Source: Spirulina sp.
GTDB lineage: Bacteria > Cyanobacteriota > Cyanobacteriia > Phormidesmidales > Phormidesmidaceae
NCBI GenBank assembly: GCA_044070495.1
Contig: JBIPSI010000040.1
Coordinates: forward strand, 1 to 41,016
Length of the DNA stretch: 41,016 bases
Reading direction: 5' to 3'
The stretch's first letter is position 1, and the number at the start of each line of letters is the position of its first letter. Shown in pieces: positions 11,192-21,400 of the stretch. The notes under the pieces are model-generated. The model made no database searches. It saw nothing but the letters and a program-made list of their open reading frames with translations, and was not told where the DNA came from. The translations under genes were made by a program, and so were the position numbers.

Positions 11192-11247
11192 CGGTAATGT
11201 TCTAGACCTGTGTATGACAAGCCATACACAGGTCTAGAACATTACCG
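11192..11247. repeat. Perfect 25-bp-stem palindrome made of two IS1-like ends
   Basis: CGGTAATGTTCTAGACCTGTGTATG-acaagc-CATACACAGGTCTAGAACATTACCG. Confidence 0.85.
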
Positions 11248-11679
11248 TCGGATTGGCCAGGACAAACTGGACTCAATAGTCTTTTTGCAGGACTCAAAAA
11301 GGCACTTGTTGGTCTTGCAGTAAGACATGCTTGGTAAGTATGTGTTTGTCCTGCCGTGCTGGGAATAGTTGGCTTGGATTTGTCGCGAGGGCAGAGATTC
11401 TGTCCATTGGGCGGATTGATGATGTTCGGGGATGCCTGTGGAATGGACTGTGGCGGGCTGATGAATGATCGTCGCCGACACTTGTCGGGTCGGATCGTCC
11501 TGGGGCGGCGTCTTGGTGGAGTGGCTTGGCGCGAAAGGCGGTGACTTAGCGGCGGACCTTGGGAAGGGTCGTGGATGGACTCTAGGCAGGATTCCTGTGA
11601 TTTCGAGGATAATTTGTCCGATGAGTAAGGCATATTTTGTCCAAAGGGATCGCTGAAAGCCCTGATCATTCGTTGAACC

Positions 11680-12396
11680 CTAAAGCCTTTCACCCTCTTC
11701 GAGACGAGTGGCGACGACATAGACGCGACGGCCCCACACCCAACGCTTACCGGAAAGAATCCGCCGCTCGCCAACCGCTAAGTTGGCGAAGACGCGCTCC
11801 CCCTTCTGTCGCCGTTTGCCCGAGCGCGAGCTGATGCGGTCACTGTGGCGCAGCCTCAGGCGGAAGGGCATGGCCTTGGGCAACAGCAAAAAGCTACACC
11901 ACGCCTTGCCCACAAACTCTCGGTCACCGGTTAGGCAGTGAACCTGGGCATCGGGGAAGATGCGCTCAAAGCGCTCCAATAACGCCATCCGCTCGTCACT
12001 ACTGCTGTTGCCGCGCTTGTCTAACAGCGTCCACAGGAGGGGAAAGGCCACCCCTTCGTGGACAATGCCCAGCATTAGGATATTGAAATGCACAGTACCG
12101 AAGCTCCAGTTCGTGCGGTCCAGACTCAGGGGCCAGGGCTGTGGGATCTGACTCCAACTCACCACAGCTCGCGCAATGGCATCCAAATCCACGGCAAAGC
12201 CTCGAAAAAAGCGGGTCAGTCGTTTGTGGCTGGAGGCACTCTGAGCCCGATTGGCAAAGACGGAGGCGAGCTTGTCTAGGTTGACCGTTTCCACCCGAAA
12301 CACGGCCACCAGGAAAAGGGCCACAAAGGTCAGTCGGGCTCCATGCCACGGCAGATGGGGGCGCAGTGCCGCTTGAATTCGGGTAATCTCGTTCAT
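11680..12396 (-). pseudogene. IS4-family transposase, 3'-truncated
   Basis: WHGARL, LSLDRTNW, GVAFPLLW, GDREFVG (first two DDE aspartates); stops at 238 aa before the Y-x2-R-x3-E-x6-K signature. Confidence 0.88.
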
Positions 12397-12650
12397 GAGG
12401 GGGCAATGCTAAGGGGTGTGGTAATTCCTAGCTCACCTCCTCATCCCTCACCTTGTCAAATATCCACCAGTTCTAGCTTTCGGCTCTCCCTGTCATTTTT
12501 TGTCCCGGTACCTTGTCCCTTTCCATATCAGCATCCTTGATCTGAGTCACCCCCGCTGCACAAACGACAATCATGCCTTTTTATTACGATTAATAAATTT
12601 TTTGAAATGTTGACGGCAATTTCAGGAAGTTTGATTTTGGCTGCCATCAG

Positions 12651-12888
12651 CCGACATTCCGCAGGTTGACGATTATTTTTCCTTGTGCACTACCTGAATC
12701 GATAACTGAAAGTCCCTCCGGCAGAGGGTTTCAGGAGCAGAGCCATTTACTACCCTAAGCAGCAGCTTAACAATTCGCAATCATCCAAGCAGTGGGCTTC
12801 GAGAACTGAGATCGCTATCTCTCAAGGCTTTCGGGCAGCGCAAAATTCCTGCATATCGAAAATGATTTGTCAACCTGCGGGATGTCGG
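12651..12888. mobile_element. 238-bp IS1634-type MITE, 20-bp TIR, 5-bp TSD
   Basis: CCGACATTCCGCAGGTTGAC / GTCAACCTGCGGGATGTCGG (one mismatch), TSD ATCAG at 12646-12650 and 12889-12893. The same TIR precedes the IS1634-type transposase start at 40712. Confidence 0.88.
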
Positions 12889-12918
12889 ATCAGCTTTAGT
12901 TCTCAGAAACAAACGTTA

Positions 12919-13061
12919 GAGGATGTTTTAAAAGGGTCGGTTTGAAGATCAAAAGCTACCTGTACGGATCACATCTTTCCTTGAAACCCTCATTCCTTCG
13001 TAGCAGCTCCTCGGTAGTCTAGGTAGTTCAAGCTACCCCAAAGGACTTTTAAAACACTCTC
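12919..13061. mobile_element. 143-bp IS5(IS1031)-type MITE, 3-bp TTA TSD
   Basis: GAGGATGTTTTAAAAG / CTTTTAAAACACTCTC (two mismatches), TTA on both sides. Confidence 0.8.
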
Positions 13062-13428
13062 TTAGGCGCATAACTTAAGGCTTTATGCTTTTGAACCGAA
13101 GAAAGATGTTTGCATAATATTTCGTATAATAAATAATTACTTAACCTCCTAGCAATTCTCTGTAGATTGTGAGAGCCTGCAAAGCAAATGCTCCAATTGC
13201 GGATTGCATAGACATGATGCCTGTCCTATTTTTGTGAAACAGATTGGATCGCTATACTCGGATGAATGGGGTCGCTTCAGATTTGAATTGGCGTTGTTAT
13301 TATTTATTTTTAAGGCGGATTAATTGATCAAGCGATAGCTGCTTCATTAGTTGATTCAAAGAATCTTATTAACAATTTTACTATTTTCATGATTTGACTG
13401 TTTATGAGTAGTGGTGGATCGTTTCTGT

Positions 13429-13550
13429 GGCTCTTCCGGGTTCAGGGTGATAAGCCCAGCTAATATCTAGGCACAGCAAAGCTTTCAGCGAATGCAGGAA
13501 AAACAAAGTGTATCAACCAATACAGTTTCAACCACAGATCCGGAAGAGCC
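13429..13550. mobile_element. 122-bp ISL3-type MITE, 8-bp TSD
   Basis: GGCTCTTCCGG / CCGGAAGAGCC; TSD GTTTCTGT at 13421-13428 and 13551-13558. Confidence 0.88.
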
Positions 13551-13671
13551 GTTTCTGTTGATCTATAAGAAATGCAATTAGCTGTTTGCAGTTTCTCCGT
13601 AACATTTGCCAATAGGGTTGATAGAAGGTAAGAGGGACCGCATTTTGTTCATTCCTGGGAGGGTTTAACTA

Positions 13672-15606
13672 ATGACCGAAATGATTATTCCAGGCACCTA
13701 CATTGCGGTGCGATCTGAAGGTTTGATTTCTGCCGGGCGGGTGGCAACTGGCATTGTGGGGGTGGTGGGCACGGCGGCGAGTGGCCCCATTGGCCAGCCC
13801 ATTACCCTGGCAGGCTTTGCCCAGGCTCGCGAATTGTTTGGTCTGCCGGATGCCTTTGAGAACCCTGCGGATGGAATGTATCCATTGACGCTGGTGCGAT
13901 CACTGGAGCAAATCTATGGCAATGGGGCTTCCACCGTGGTGGCGGTACGGGTGGCGGGGGCCAGTCAATCCAAAGCGACCTATGGGGTACAAAACAACAG
14001 CGGTGATATTGTGGCTACCCTGGAAGCCCTGACCCCTGGCACCCGGGGCAACGATATTCAGGTTGTGATCGTGGTGGCGGAAGACCCTTGTCGGATTACG
14101 GGCGAGGTGCACAATAGCGACTTTGACCAATTGGGCTATGGGGGCGTAGTGCCCTCGCCAGAAAACCAACTGCGGGTGTATCGGGGGGTGACGAAACGAT
14201 CGCAACTGCTCGATATAGTCTATAAAGCCGTCGTGCAGGATGAAGACTTGGTGGCCACGGCAGATGGCCGTTTCTTTGTGACTAGCACTCCGGTGGAATC
14301 CGTCGCCAGCGTCAACCAGGTGGTGGTGCGCGGCAGCGATGGGACAGTGGTGCGTACCTACGGTGATGGGGCCATCCTCTACGGGGCGGGGAATCAGCCA
14401 GGAAGAGACGAAATCCGTATCAACACCGTGACGGGAGAGGTAACCTTTGAGGCCAGTCAAGTGCCTGTAGAGGGCCAAGCCGTGGTGACTACCTACGCCG
14501 TAGGCCATAAGGCACCGTTACCCGGTCAGGTGTTGGTGACCACCTGGAACGGTGAGCTAGACTACGCTACCGGGGAAGCGCCCAACCTTACCGATGGGGA
14601 CATCCTCACGGCAAGCTATCTAATTGACCCGGCAAGTTGCGTGCAGCTTACCCTCACCCACGACGCTACGAGCGAGGTGTACATCACCCCCGATGGTGAG
14701 CACTTGACCCGATCGGTGAATGCCACCTCCAGACTGGTGCGGGCGGTGACGACTACCCACAGTAACGACCAGCCACGCTCAGCTATAACCGCCTTTTTTG
14801 GCACAGGCAGCAACGTGCGTGGGAGTAACGGTGCAGAAGCCAGTCGCACCGAGTATGCGGCTGGCTTGGAAAGCCTTGCCAACCAGTTGATCAACATTGT
14901 GGTGCTGGCCGGTCAAGACGCTCAAGGGATGGGGTCGGTGCTGCTGGGTCATCTCAAGGCCACAGAGCAAACGGATGTCGAGCGCATTGGGGTGATTGGA
15001 GCCCCTGGTACCAAAGTAGAAGACTTTTTGGGACATAGGATGGCAGATGGGCGGGTGATTGTCGTCGGCCCCGGCATCCAGAATCCCGATGGTTCCGTAT
15101 TGCCCCCGGCGTATACCGCTGCTGCCGTTGCAGGGTTGATTGCGTCCCTCTCGGTGCAGACCAGCCTGACGAACAAACCCCTGAACGTACCCGGACTGGC
15201 GGTGAATGCCAATCGAGGGCAGCAAATTCAGCTCATTAAGCGCAACGTGCTAATGGTGGTACCTAAACTGGGCTATCGGGTGCTCAAGGGCATTACCACC
15301 GATGGCGAAGGCAACCCCTTCTCAGCCATTCCCACCCGGCGCATTGTGGACTATGCCAAATACGGGGTACGCTCTGCCGCCAACCCCTACATTGGGCGAC
15401 TGAACAATGCCCGCGTGCGGGGGGCGCTGAAGGCCACCCTGGATGCCTTTTTAACCCGCATGGTGGAAGACGAAGCCCTGACGGGCTATGCCCTAGAGGT
15501 CACGGCCACCCGCGCCCAGGAAATTGCGGGAGAGGTGAACGTCACCATGACTTTGCAACCCACCTTTAGCATCGACTTCATCCGCGTCACGATGAACCTC
15601 AAGTAA
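13672..15606 (+). CDS. Contractile tail sheath protein
   Basis: N-terminal PGTYI...GVVGTAASGP, ALTPGTRGNDI, C-terminal RRIVD...YIGRLNN...L-P-FSIDFIRVT sheath pattern; GGAGG RBS. Confidence 0.93.
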   Translation: MTEMIIPGTYIAVRSEGLISAGRVATGIVGVVGTAASGPIGQPITLAGFAQARELFGLPDAFENPADGMYPLTLVRSLEQIYGNGASTVVAVRVAGASQSKATYGVQNNSGDIVATLEALTPGTRGNDIQVVIVVAEDPCRITGEVHNSDFDQLGYGGVVPSPENQLRVYRGVTKRSQLLDIVYKAVVQDEDLVATADGRFFVTSTPVESVASVNQVVVRGSDGTVVRTYGDGAILYGAGNQPGRDEIRINTVTGEVTFEASQVPVEGQAVVTTYAVGHKAPLPGQVLVTTWNGELDYATGEAPNLTDGDILTASYLIDPASCVQLTLTHDATSEVYITPDGEHLTRSVNATSRLVRAVTTTHSNDQPRSAITAFFGTGSNVRGSNGAEASRTEYAAGLESLANQLINIVVLAGQDAQGMGSVLLGHLKATEQTDVERIGVIGAPGTKVEDFLGHRMADGRVIVVGPGIQNPDGSVLPPAYTAAAVAGLIASLSVQTSLTNKPLNVPGLAVNANRGQQIQLIKRNVLMVVPKLGYRVLKGITTDGEGNPFSAIPTRRIVDYAKYGVRSAANPYIGRLNNARVRGALKATLDAFLTRMVEDEALTGYALEVTATRAQEIAGEVNVTMTLQPTFSIDFIRVTMNLK

Positions 15607-15637
15607 CCCCTATCCGTCAAGCTTTTAGGAGACAACC

Positions 15638-16138
15638 ATGCCCAATGATGTGTTTCGCGCCATTGATGCCTCACTGGTAATGGGGGTAGAAGATGCCTCA
15701 TCTCCCGAAGGTGGTGCTGCCGATGCCCTGGTTACAGAATATGATCTGAGTAATGCGGTGGGGCGCTTGCGCAATGTGGCGATCACCGTCACCAGCGACC
15801 TCAAGCCCTTTTATGAAATTGGCAAGCGCTACCCCACCCACCTGCGCCCTGGCATCGTCCACGTTTCCGGTCGGGCTGATCGCGCCCACGTTAACGGGGC
15901 ACTACTGCGGCTGCTCCTTGGGGATGGGGCCGTCAGCCCCCCTTCCGGCCCCAACTTCGTGCAGCCCACCTTCAACATTATTGCCCGCCTCAACGACTCC
16001 GCCCGCCCAGAGCAGAGCAGCACCGTCACCGTGTTTGGTGTCAAGTTTGAAAGCTGGAATTACACTATTCCCGGCGACGACTTTGTGATGGAGTCAGTGG
16101 CGTTTCAGGCGCTGCGCATCGCGTTTGAAGAAACTTAG
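15638..16138 (+). CDS. Tail tube protein
   Basis: 166 aa directly after the sheath; beta-rich, YEIG motif, C-terminal GVKFESW...FVMESVAFQA; AGGAG RBS. Confidence 0.82.
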   Translation: MPNDVFRAIDASLVMGVEDASSPEGGAADALVTEYDLSNAVGRLRNVAITVTSDLKPFYEIGKRYPTHLRPGIVHVSGRADRAHVNGALLRLLLGDGAVSPPSGPNFVQPTFNIIARLNDSARPEQSSTVTVFGVKFESWNYTIPGDDFVMESVAFQALRIAFEET

Positions 16139-16205
16139 AAGAAAAGGATATTCAAAATTTTGAGTTTTGAATTTTGAATTGATCTCCCCCGTCTTCCCTC
16201 TCCCC

Positions 16206-16727
16206 ATGCCCCCACTAGAATCCCCCCCAACTACCCCCTACCTCGCTGCCGCTGACCTCCTGGCGGGCAGTCAGGTGGTGCATGATGTGGAGATTCCGCC
16301 GGAGGTGTTGCAGCCGGGGACGCGGGGCGTGGGCGGACGGGTGCAACTTCGGCCTTTGAACCTGGCGACGATGACCCTAATTGCACGGGCGGCGCGGGAG
16401 GATAGCAGTCTGGTACCGCTGTTGACCATTAAGGAAGCGGTGGTGGAGCCGACCCTGACCCTAGATCAGGTGCGGCAGATGCATGTGGGGTTAGTGCATT
16501 TTTTGGTGGGGCGCATCAATGTTATTTCCGGCTTGAGTGAAGATGGCTCGGCGATCGCCTCGGCCCTCAATTCCTCCCTGGGGCACACCCACCTGATGCT
16601 GGCCAAGCACTTTGGCTGGACGCCGGAACAGGTGAGCCAACTTACCCCCGGTCAGGTGGCGGTCTACCTGGCGGGGATCGAAAAACTGCTGGCCCTAGAA
16701 GCGGCTGAAGGGAGGGCAACCCCATGA
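16206..16727 (+). CDS. Tail assembly chaperone-like protein with fused gpE'/gpT-like C-terminal module
   Basis: Position after tube; VQLRPLN motif; C-terminal LAKHFGWTPEQVSQLT. ATG 16206 preferred over TTG 16167, which lies in a TTTTGAA repeat. Confidence 0.65.
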   Translation: MPPLESPPTTPYLAAADLLAGSQVVHDVEIPPEVLQPGTRGVGGRVQLRPLNLATMTLIARAAREDSSLVPLLTIKEAVVEPTLTLDQVRQMHVGLVHFLVGRINVISGLSEDGSAIASALNSSLGHTHLMLAKHFGWTPEQVSQLTPGQVAVYLAGIEKLLALEAAEGRATP

Positions 16728-17791
16728 CGCTGAATCCCACCCGGCAACTCTTGCAAACGGGCGATCACCTACTGCGCCTGACCCGCCAGTTACATCAAAG
16801 TACGCCCCCATCCGGCCTTCTGCACACCTACCAAGCCCTCACCCTAGATCCCCTCACCCGGCTGGAGTACCAGCTTCAGGGTCAAAATGCCGACGAGTTG
16901 ATCACCCTGGCCTCTGCCCGGTGGACGATGGGGGAGACAGGGGTGATCGCTCCTACCGCTCCGACGGTTCCTCCCGCTGCTCCAGCAGTTTCCCCGATGA
17001 GTCTCCCTGGAGCACAAAAGCACCTCGCCAACTCCGCCTTGGCTGATCAGGCTGGGTTTCCCTCCCTCCTTAGGCCCCAGCCCATTGGGCGTTCCCTGGA
17101 AAGCTTGGGTGGAGGCAATGAACCTGCTGTTGCCCCTTATCCTCTCTCACGGTCAGCAGGAACCGGAAGCCAAAGCCCCCTGCTGGCAAAACCCAAGGTA
17201 GACACGGCGGCATCCCCCCCAGCCCAGCCCCTTTCGGACGCTTTTCCCCATTCCCCTATCTCTCCCTCTCTCCATCCCCCATCCCCTTTATCTCCGTCCC
17301 CCCTCCGCTTGGTGCAGGGTCGCCACCAACTCGCTGCCCTACTCAATACTCACCTGCCGCCGCTGCCGACCGACCCTCCATCCCCGGCGTTCCCCGCCGC
17401 CTTCCCCGGCCATGAGGTCAATCCTGATGAGTTGCCTATCCAACCGGGTGTCCCCGCCTCTCCGTTACCCCCTCTGTCCAATGGCATCGCGGCAGCACCG
17501 ATTGCTGTCCCTATGCCCATGCGCCATTGGGAACCGATTGCCCCCACGGGGGTGGATCGTCCTTTTACAGATGGGGATGCAGTAATTGATCCATCTCTAG
17601 CCGGAGAAGCGAGCCAAGCGGGACTGGATGCGGGAGATCAACCCTATGAGGAGCACCCGCTGACCTCTCCCCTACCGACCCCGGCCTATGCACCGGATCA
17701 TCCGGCCACTCTGGAGGCGCTGGTGGCGGCGATCGCCGAGCGTCTGGAATATGACCACCTGCGACTCTACGGCACGGGAGGGGCACGCTGA
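16724..17791 (+). CDS. Pro-rich low-complexity protein in the tape-measure gene position
   Basis: Start and stop overlap both neighbours; helical N- and C-termini around a Pro/Ser/Ala-rich middle; function inferred from synteny only. Confidence 0.55.
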   Translation: MTLNPTRQLLQTGDHLLRLTRQLHQSTPPSGLLHTYQALTLDPLTRLEYQLQGQNADELITLASARWTMGETGVIAPTAPTVPPAAPAVSPMSLPGAQKHLANSALADQAGFPSLLRPQPIGRSLESLGGGNEPAVAPYPLSRSAGTGSQSPLLAKPKVDTAASPPAQPLSDAFPHSPISPSLHPPSPLSPSPLRLVQGRHQLAALLNTHLPPLPTDPPSPAFPAAFPGHEVNPDELPIQPGVPASPLPPLSNGIAAAPIAVPMPMRHWEPIAPTGVDRPFTDGDAVIDPSLAGEASQAGLDAGDQPYEEHPLTSPLPTPAYAPDHPATLEALVAAIAERLEYDHLRLYGTGGAR

Positions 17792-18387
17792 TGGCGGTCG
17801 AATTGGGGGGCGTCACCCTTTCATTATTGACGGGCATCACGGTGGCAGAGCAGGCTCGCATTGTGCATCACAGCGTGCCGGGGATGGCGGGCGATTTGGC
17901 CCAAACCCTGGGGAGGCCGTCGGTGGTGGTGACGCTGGAGGGCATTTTTTACGGGGCCACAGCAGCGGCGGATTTGGCGCAACTGCGGGCGGCACACCTG
18001 GCCCACGAACCGGTGGACTTTTTCACCGAGGCGATCGGTGAGGGCTACTTCACCCAGGTGCTCATCGCTCACTTGGCAGTGGCGCAGCGGGCCAACTTTC
18101 CCGATCAGTTCGACTTTTGTTGCCAGGTGGTGGAGTATGTGGAACCGCCAGAACCGGCCTTGGCCTCGCCCTTGGGGGGGATTGATGCCGATCTGTTGGC
18201 GGAGGCCGGAGCCTTTATGGACACGGTGCAAAACACTCTGGCCGAGGTATCGGCGCTGACGGACTTGATCGCCAACGTGCCGGATTTTGGCAACCCTACC
18301 GAAAACCTGAATCAAATGTTGGACGAATATACCAGCGTGGTGGATGGCGGAGTTGCGGTTCTGCAAGGCATTCGGAGTCTGTTTTAG
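17791..18387 (+). CDS. Baseplate-proximal tube initiator (Mu DNA-circularisation N-terminal / P2 gpU-like)
   Basis: RIVHHSVPGMAGDLAQTLGRPSVVVTLEG...F-VEY pattern followed by a helical tail. Confidence 0.7.
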   Translation: MAVELGGVTLSLLTGITVAEQARIVHHSVPGMAGDLAQTLGRPSVVVTLEGIFYGATAAADLAQLRAAHLAHEPVDFFTEAIGEGYFTQVLIAHLAVAQRANFPDQFDFCCQVVEYVEPPEPALASPLGGIDADLLAEAGAFMDTVQNTLAEVSALTDLIANVPDFGNPTENLNQMLDEYTSVVDGGVAVLQGIRSLF

Positions 18388-18415
18388 TCGGTTGTTGTAG
18401 AGTTGAGCGGTTGTT

Positions 18416-21400
18416 ATGGGAATTCTTCAAAGCCTACCCGATTCATCCCAACTCGCCACGATCGGCAGCGGGGCCACGCAGGATGTGGGCACGTTGTTGA
18501 GCAGCTTGGGCCGTCTGGCTGAAGGGGGCACCGATTCGCCCCTTGGGTCGGTGGTGCAAGCGTTGCAGTCCCTAACCACCCATCTGGATATTGATGTCAG
18601 CGGCCTCACGGAACAGTTGCCCCAAGCCATCACCGTGATCCAAAATGCGCTGCCCGCCGACACCCTGGAGTATGTCGAGGATTTGCAGACCGCCTACGAT
18701 ACCGCGCGGCAGTTTTTAGCGGAGAGCGCCATTGCCGAGCAAATTCAGGCGGGGGGTGATCTGCAAGCGGCGGCCCTGGCGGTGGTGGCCGATGCCCTGC
18801 GGCTGTTTGACGGTCGCCTGACACAGTTGACCACCCAATTGCTGCCCAGCGATGCCCTCACCCAGGTAGAAGCGGTGTTTGCCCAGTTGGAGGCGTTTCA
18901 GGCAGCGGTGCCCACCCAGCCAGAGGCGCTCCTGCCGTTTTTGACCGATAACCTGATTGGGGTGGCCCCTGACCTGTTGGCGGTGCCCCTCAGCCAGGTC
19001 AATGCCGTGTATGCCCTGGTTGGCCCCCTGAGCCAGCCGGAGCCGGTGGAGGCCGCCCAGGCGGTGATCGCTACCCACTTTGCCAGCGTGCTGGCCACCC
19101 TCAACGACTTTGATGCCACGGACACCGCCGCCTACACCCAACTGCAAACCCAGCTCACGGCGTTAGAGACCGCATTAGACCAGCAGGTGACGGCGATCAC
19201 CGCCCTCTATGATGCGGTCGAAACCCAAATCACCGAATTTGACGACACCGCCCTGCTCACCCTCTACCGGCAGAGCTTAGAGGCCATTACCCTACCACCC
19301 GTCTTTTCTCCGGCGCAGGCGATCAACAGCGTGGTGGCGGTGCTAGAGGAACTCATGGGTCGCCTGCACCTCTCCTTGGGGGTAGACGACCTGACCGATC
19401 GCGTCAACCACCTGAGCGACACCATTCGCCAGACCTTTCTCAATTCTGGGTTGGGGCAAATTCGCCAAACCCTGCGGGGCTACCTAGAGGAGATTCAAGG
19501 GGCCATCGAGAACATTCCCACGGAGGTCATCCAGGCAACCGTCGTGGGAATGTTAGAGCGGGTGCGCCAGGAACTCGATCACCTGGGTATTACCCAAATT
19601 GAGGCGCAAATCACCGCCGCCTTTACCGCCGCCGAAACCTTTGTCACCGATACCTTTAACGAGGGGCTGCAAGGCACCGTGCGCACTGCCTTGGCGCAGC
19701 TCCTCAGCGAAATTCGCAGTTTGCCCGTCGCCGACCTGATTAACGAACTGACCCGCATTCTCGACGAACTCAATCGCCTGATTCTGGAGTTCAAAGCGGC
19801 CCTCAGCGGCTACATGGAAGAATTCCGCACTTTTGTTGCCCAGCTCGATCAGCTCAGCTTCAAACCCCTGAGCGATGAGGTGGTGCAGGAAATTGAAGCC
19901 CTGAAGGCGCGACTGGCGGCGATGGATCCCACGGCGTTGTCAGATATTGAGAAGTTGGCCCTGAAAGCGGCACTGGTGGTGCTGGAAGAATTGGATCTTG
20001 ATGCCCAGGTAGTTACCTTGCTGAACCAAGGCTTTGGCGAGGCGCAAACTCAGGTGCGGGGGCTACTGGGGGATCTCACTGGGTTACTGAATCGCCTGCG
20101 AGATCAGGTGAACAATGTGAATCCGCAAACCCTACTGAAGCCTTTGTATGACCTGCTCGATCAGGGGGTGGCCCAGGTCAATCGCCTCAATGCCAATCTG
20201 CTGATGGGGCCGCTCTATACCCAGCTAGAGGAACAGGCGGCGCGACTGCAAACCCTGTCGCCAGGGCAGTTGCTCGACCCCTTGCAAAGTCCCTATGACC
20301 AAATGCTACAGGTGGTAAACCGCCTCAACCCCGATCAGTGGGTGGCCCCCCTGCACGACCTCTATGCCTACATCGACCAACTGATCAGCTATGTGGATAT
20401 CACGCCCCTGATGGAGCAGTTGGAAACCCAGCGTCAGGAATTGTTTGCCAAGGCCCGTGAGGCGATCTTGAGTGGGCTGGATGCAGTGAACTTGCCCGCC
20501 CCGCTCGATCAGTTTTGGGCAGCGATACGCACGGTGCTGGGGGGCTTTACCGATGCCATCTTTGGCGACCCCGAAACCGAGTTACGGCAACTGTCCATTG
20601 AGGTGCGATCGCAGTTCCGTCTGAGCAGCCTCTTCACCCCGCTGGATGCGGTGTTTGACCGCTTGATTGGCCTTTTGGATCAGGTGCCCCAAACTCCCCT
20701 GGTAGACACCCTCAACGCCATCCGCGAAGGGATCGGCATCGCCCTCCACAGCCTAGACCCGATGGTGGTGCAGCAACGGTTGCGCCAGGGCCAGCAATGG
20801 TTGGAAAGCTTGAACCCAGCCGGTCGCTTCAGCACCACCCTGCAACTGCCCCAAGTGCAGGCGCAATTTACCCTACAAGTGGCCGGGGCTCCGGCGGGGC
20901 AAGCCGCCGCGATCACCACCCTCACAGCTCAAATCACAACCCTGGCGGGCGAGTTTGGCCTGGGGCGAGCAGGCAGTCCCTTGAGCCGGCTGGCCCAGCG
21001 CCACCAGCAACTCATGACGACGCTGCGCCACAAAATCAACGGCCTCAACCTAGACGCCGTCAAACCCGCCTACGCCCGCCTAAAGGACAGCCTAGAGCAG
21101 CGCCTGCCCGACTTTTTGCGCCTGCCCACGCCCCTCACCTATGGCGATGTCAAAGCCGGACTCGCCAGCCTGCGCCCCGCCGCCCTCACCCAGCGCCTTG
21201 ATCGCGCGGTGGATCGCTTCCTACAGCAGTTGGCTCCGCTGGAGGCCGCCCTAGAACCTGCCGTCAACGGATTTTTTGCCGGACTGCGGGACACCCTGAT
21301 GCTGATTAATCCCCTCACACTGAAGGATGCGGTGGCCGATATTTACGCCACGGTGCGATCAAAGGTGCGCATTCTTGACCCGACGGCGCTGGCCGATGCC

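Noticed and set aside
10232..11774. Short ORFs in the track (10336..10794, 11202..11774 and others) as real genes
   Set aside because: They run across MITE or TIR sequences and show no recognisable motifs; at most degraded fragments.
10100..13671. CRISPR array or ncRNA in the non-coding region
   Set aside because: Repeats are TIR pairs or dispersed copies, not regularly spaced repeats with spacers; no tRNA or rRNA pattern recognised.
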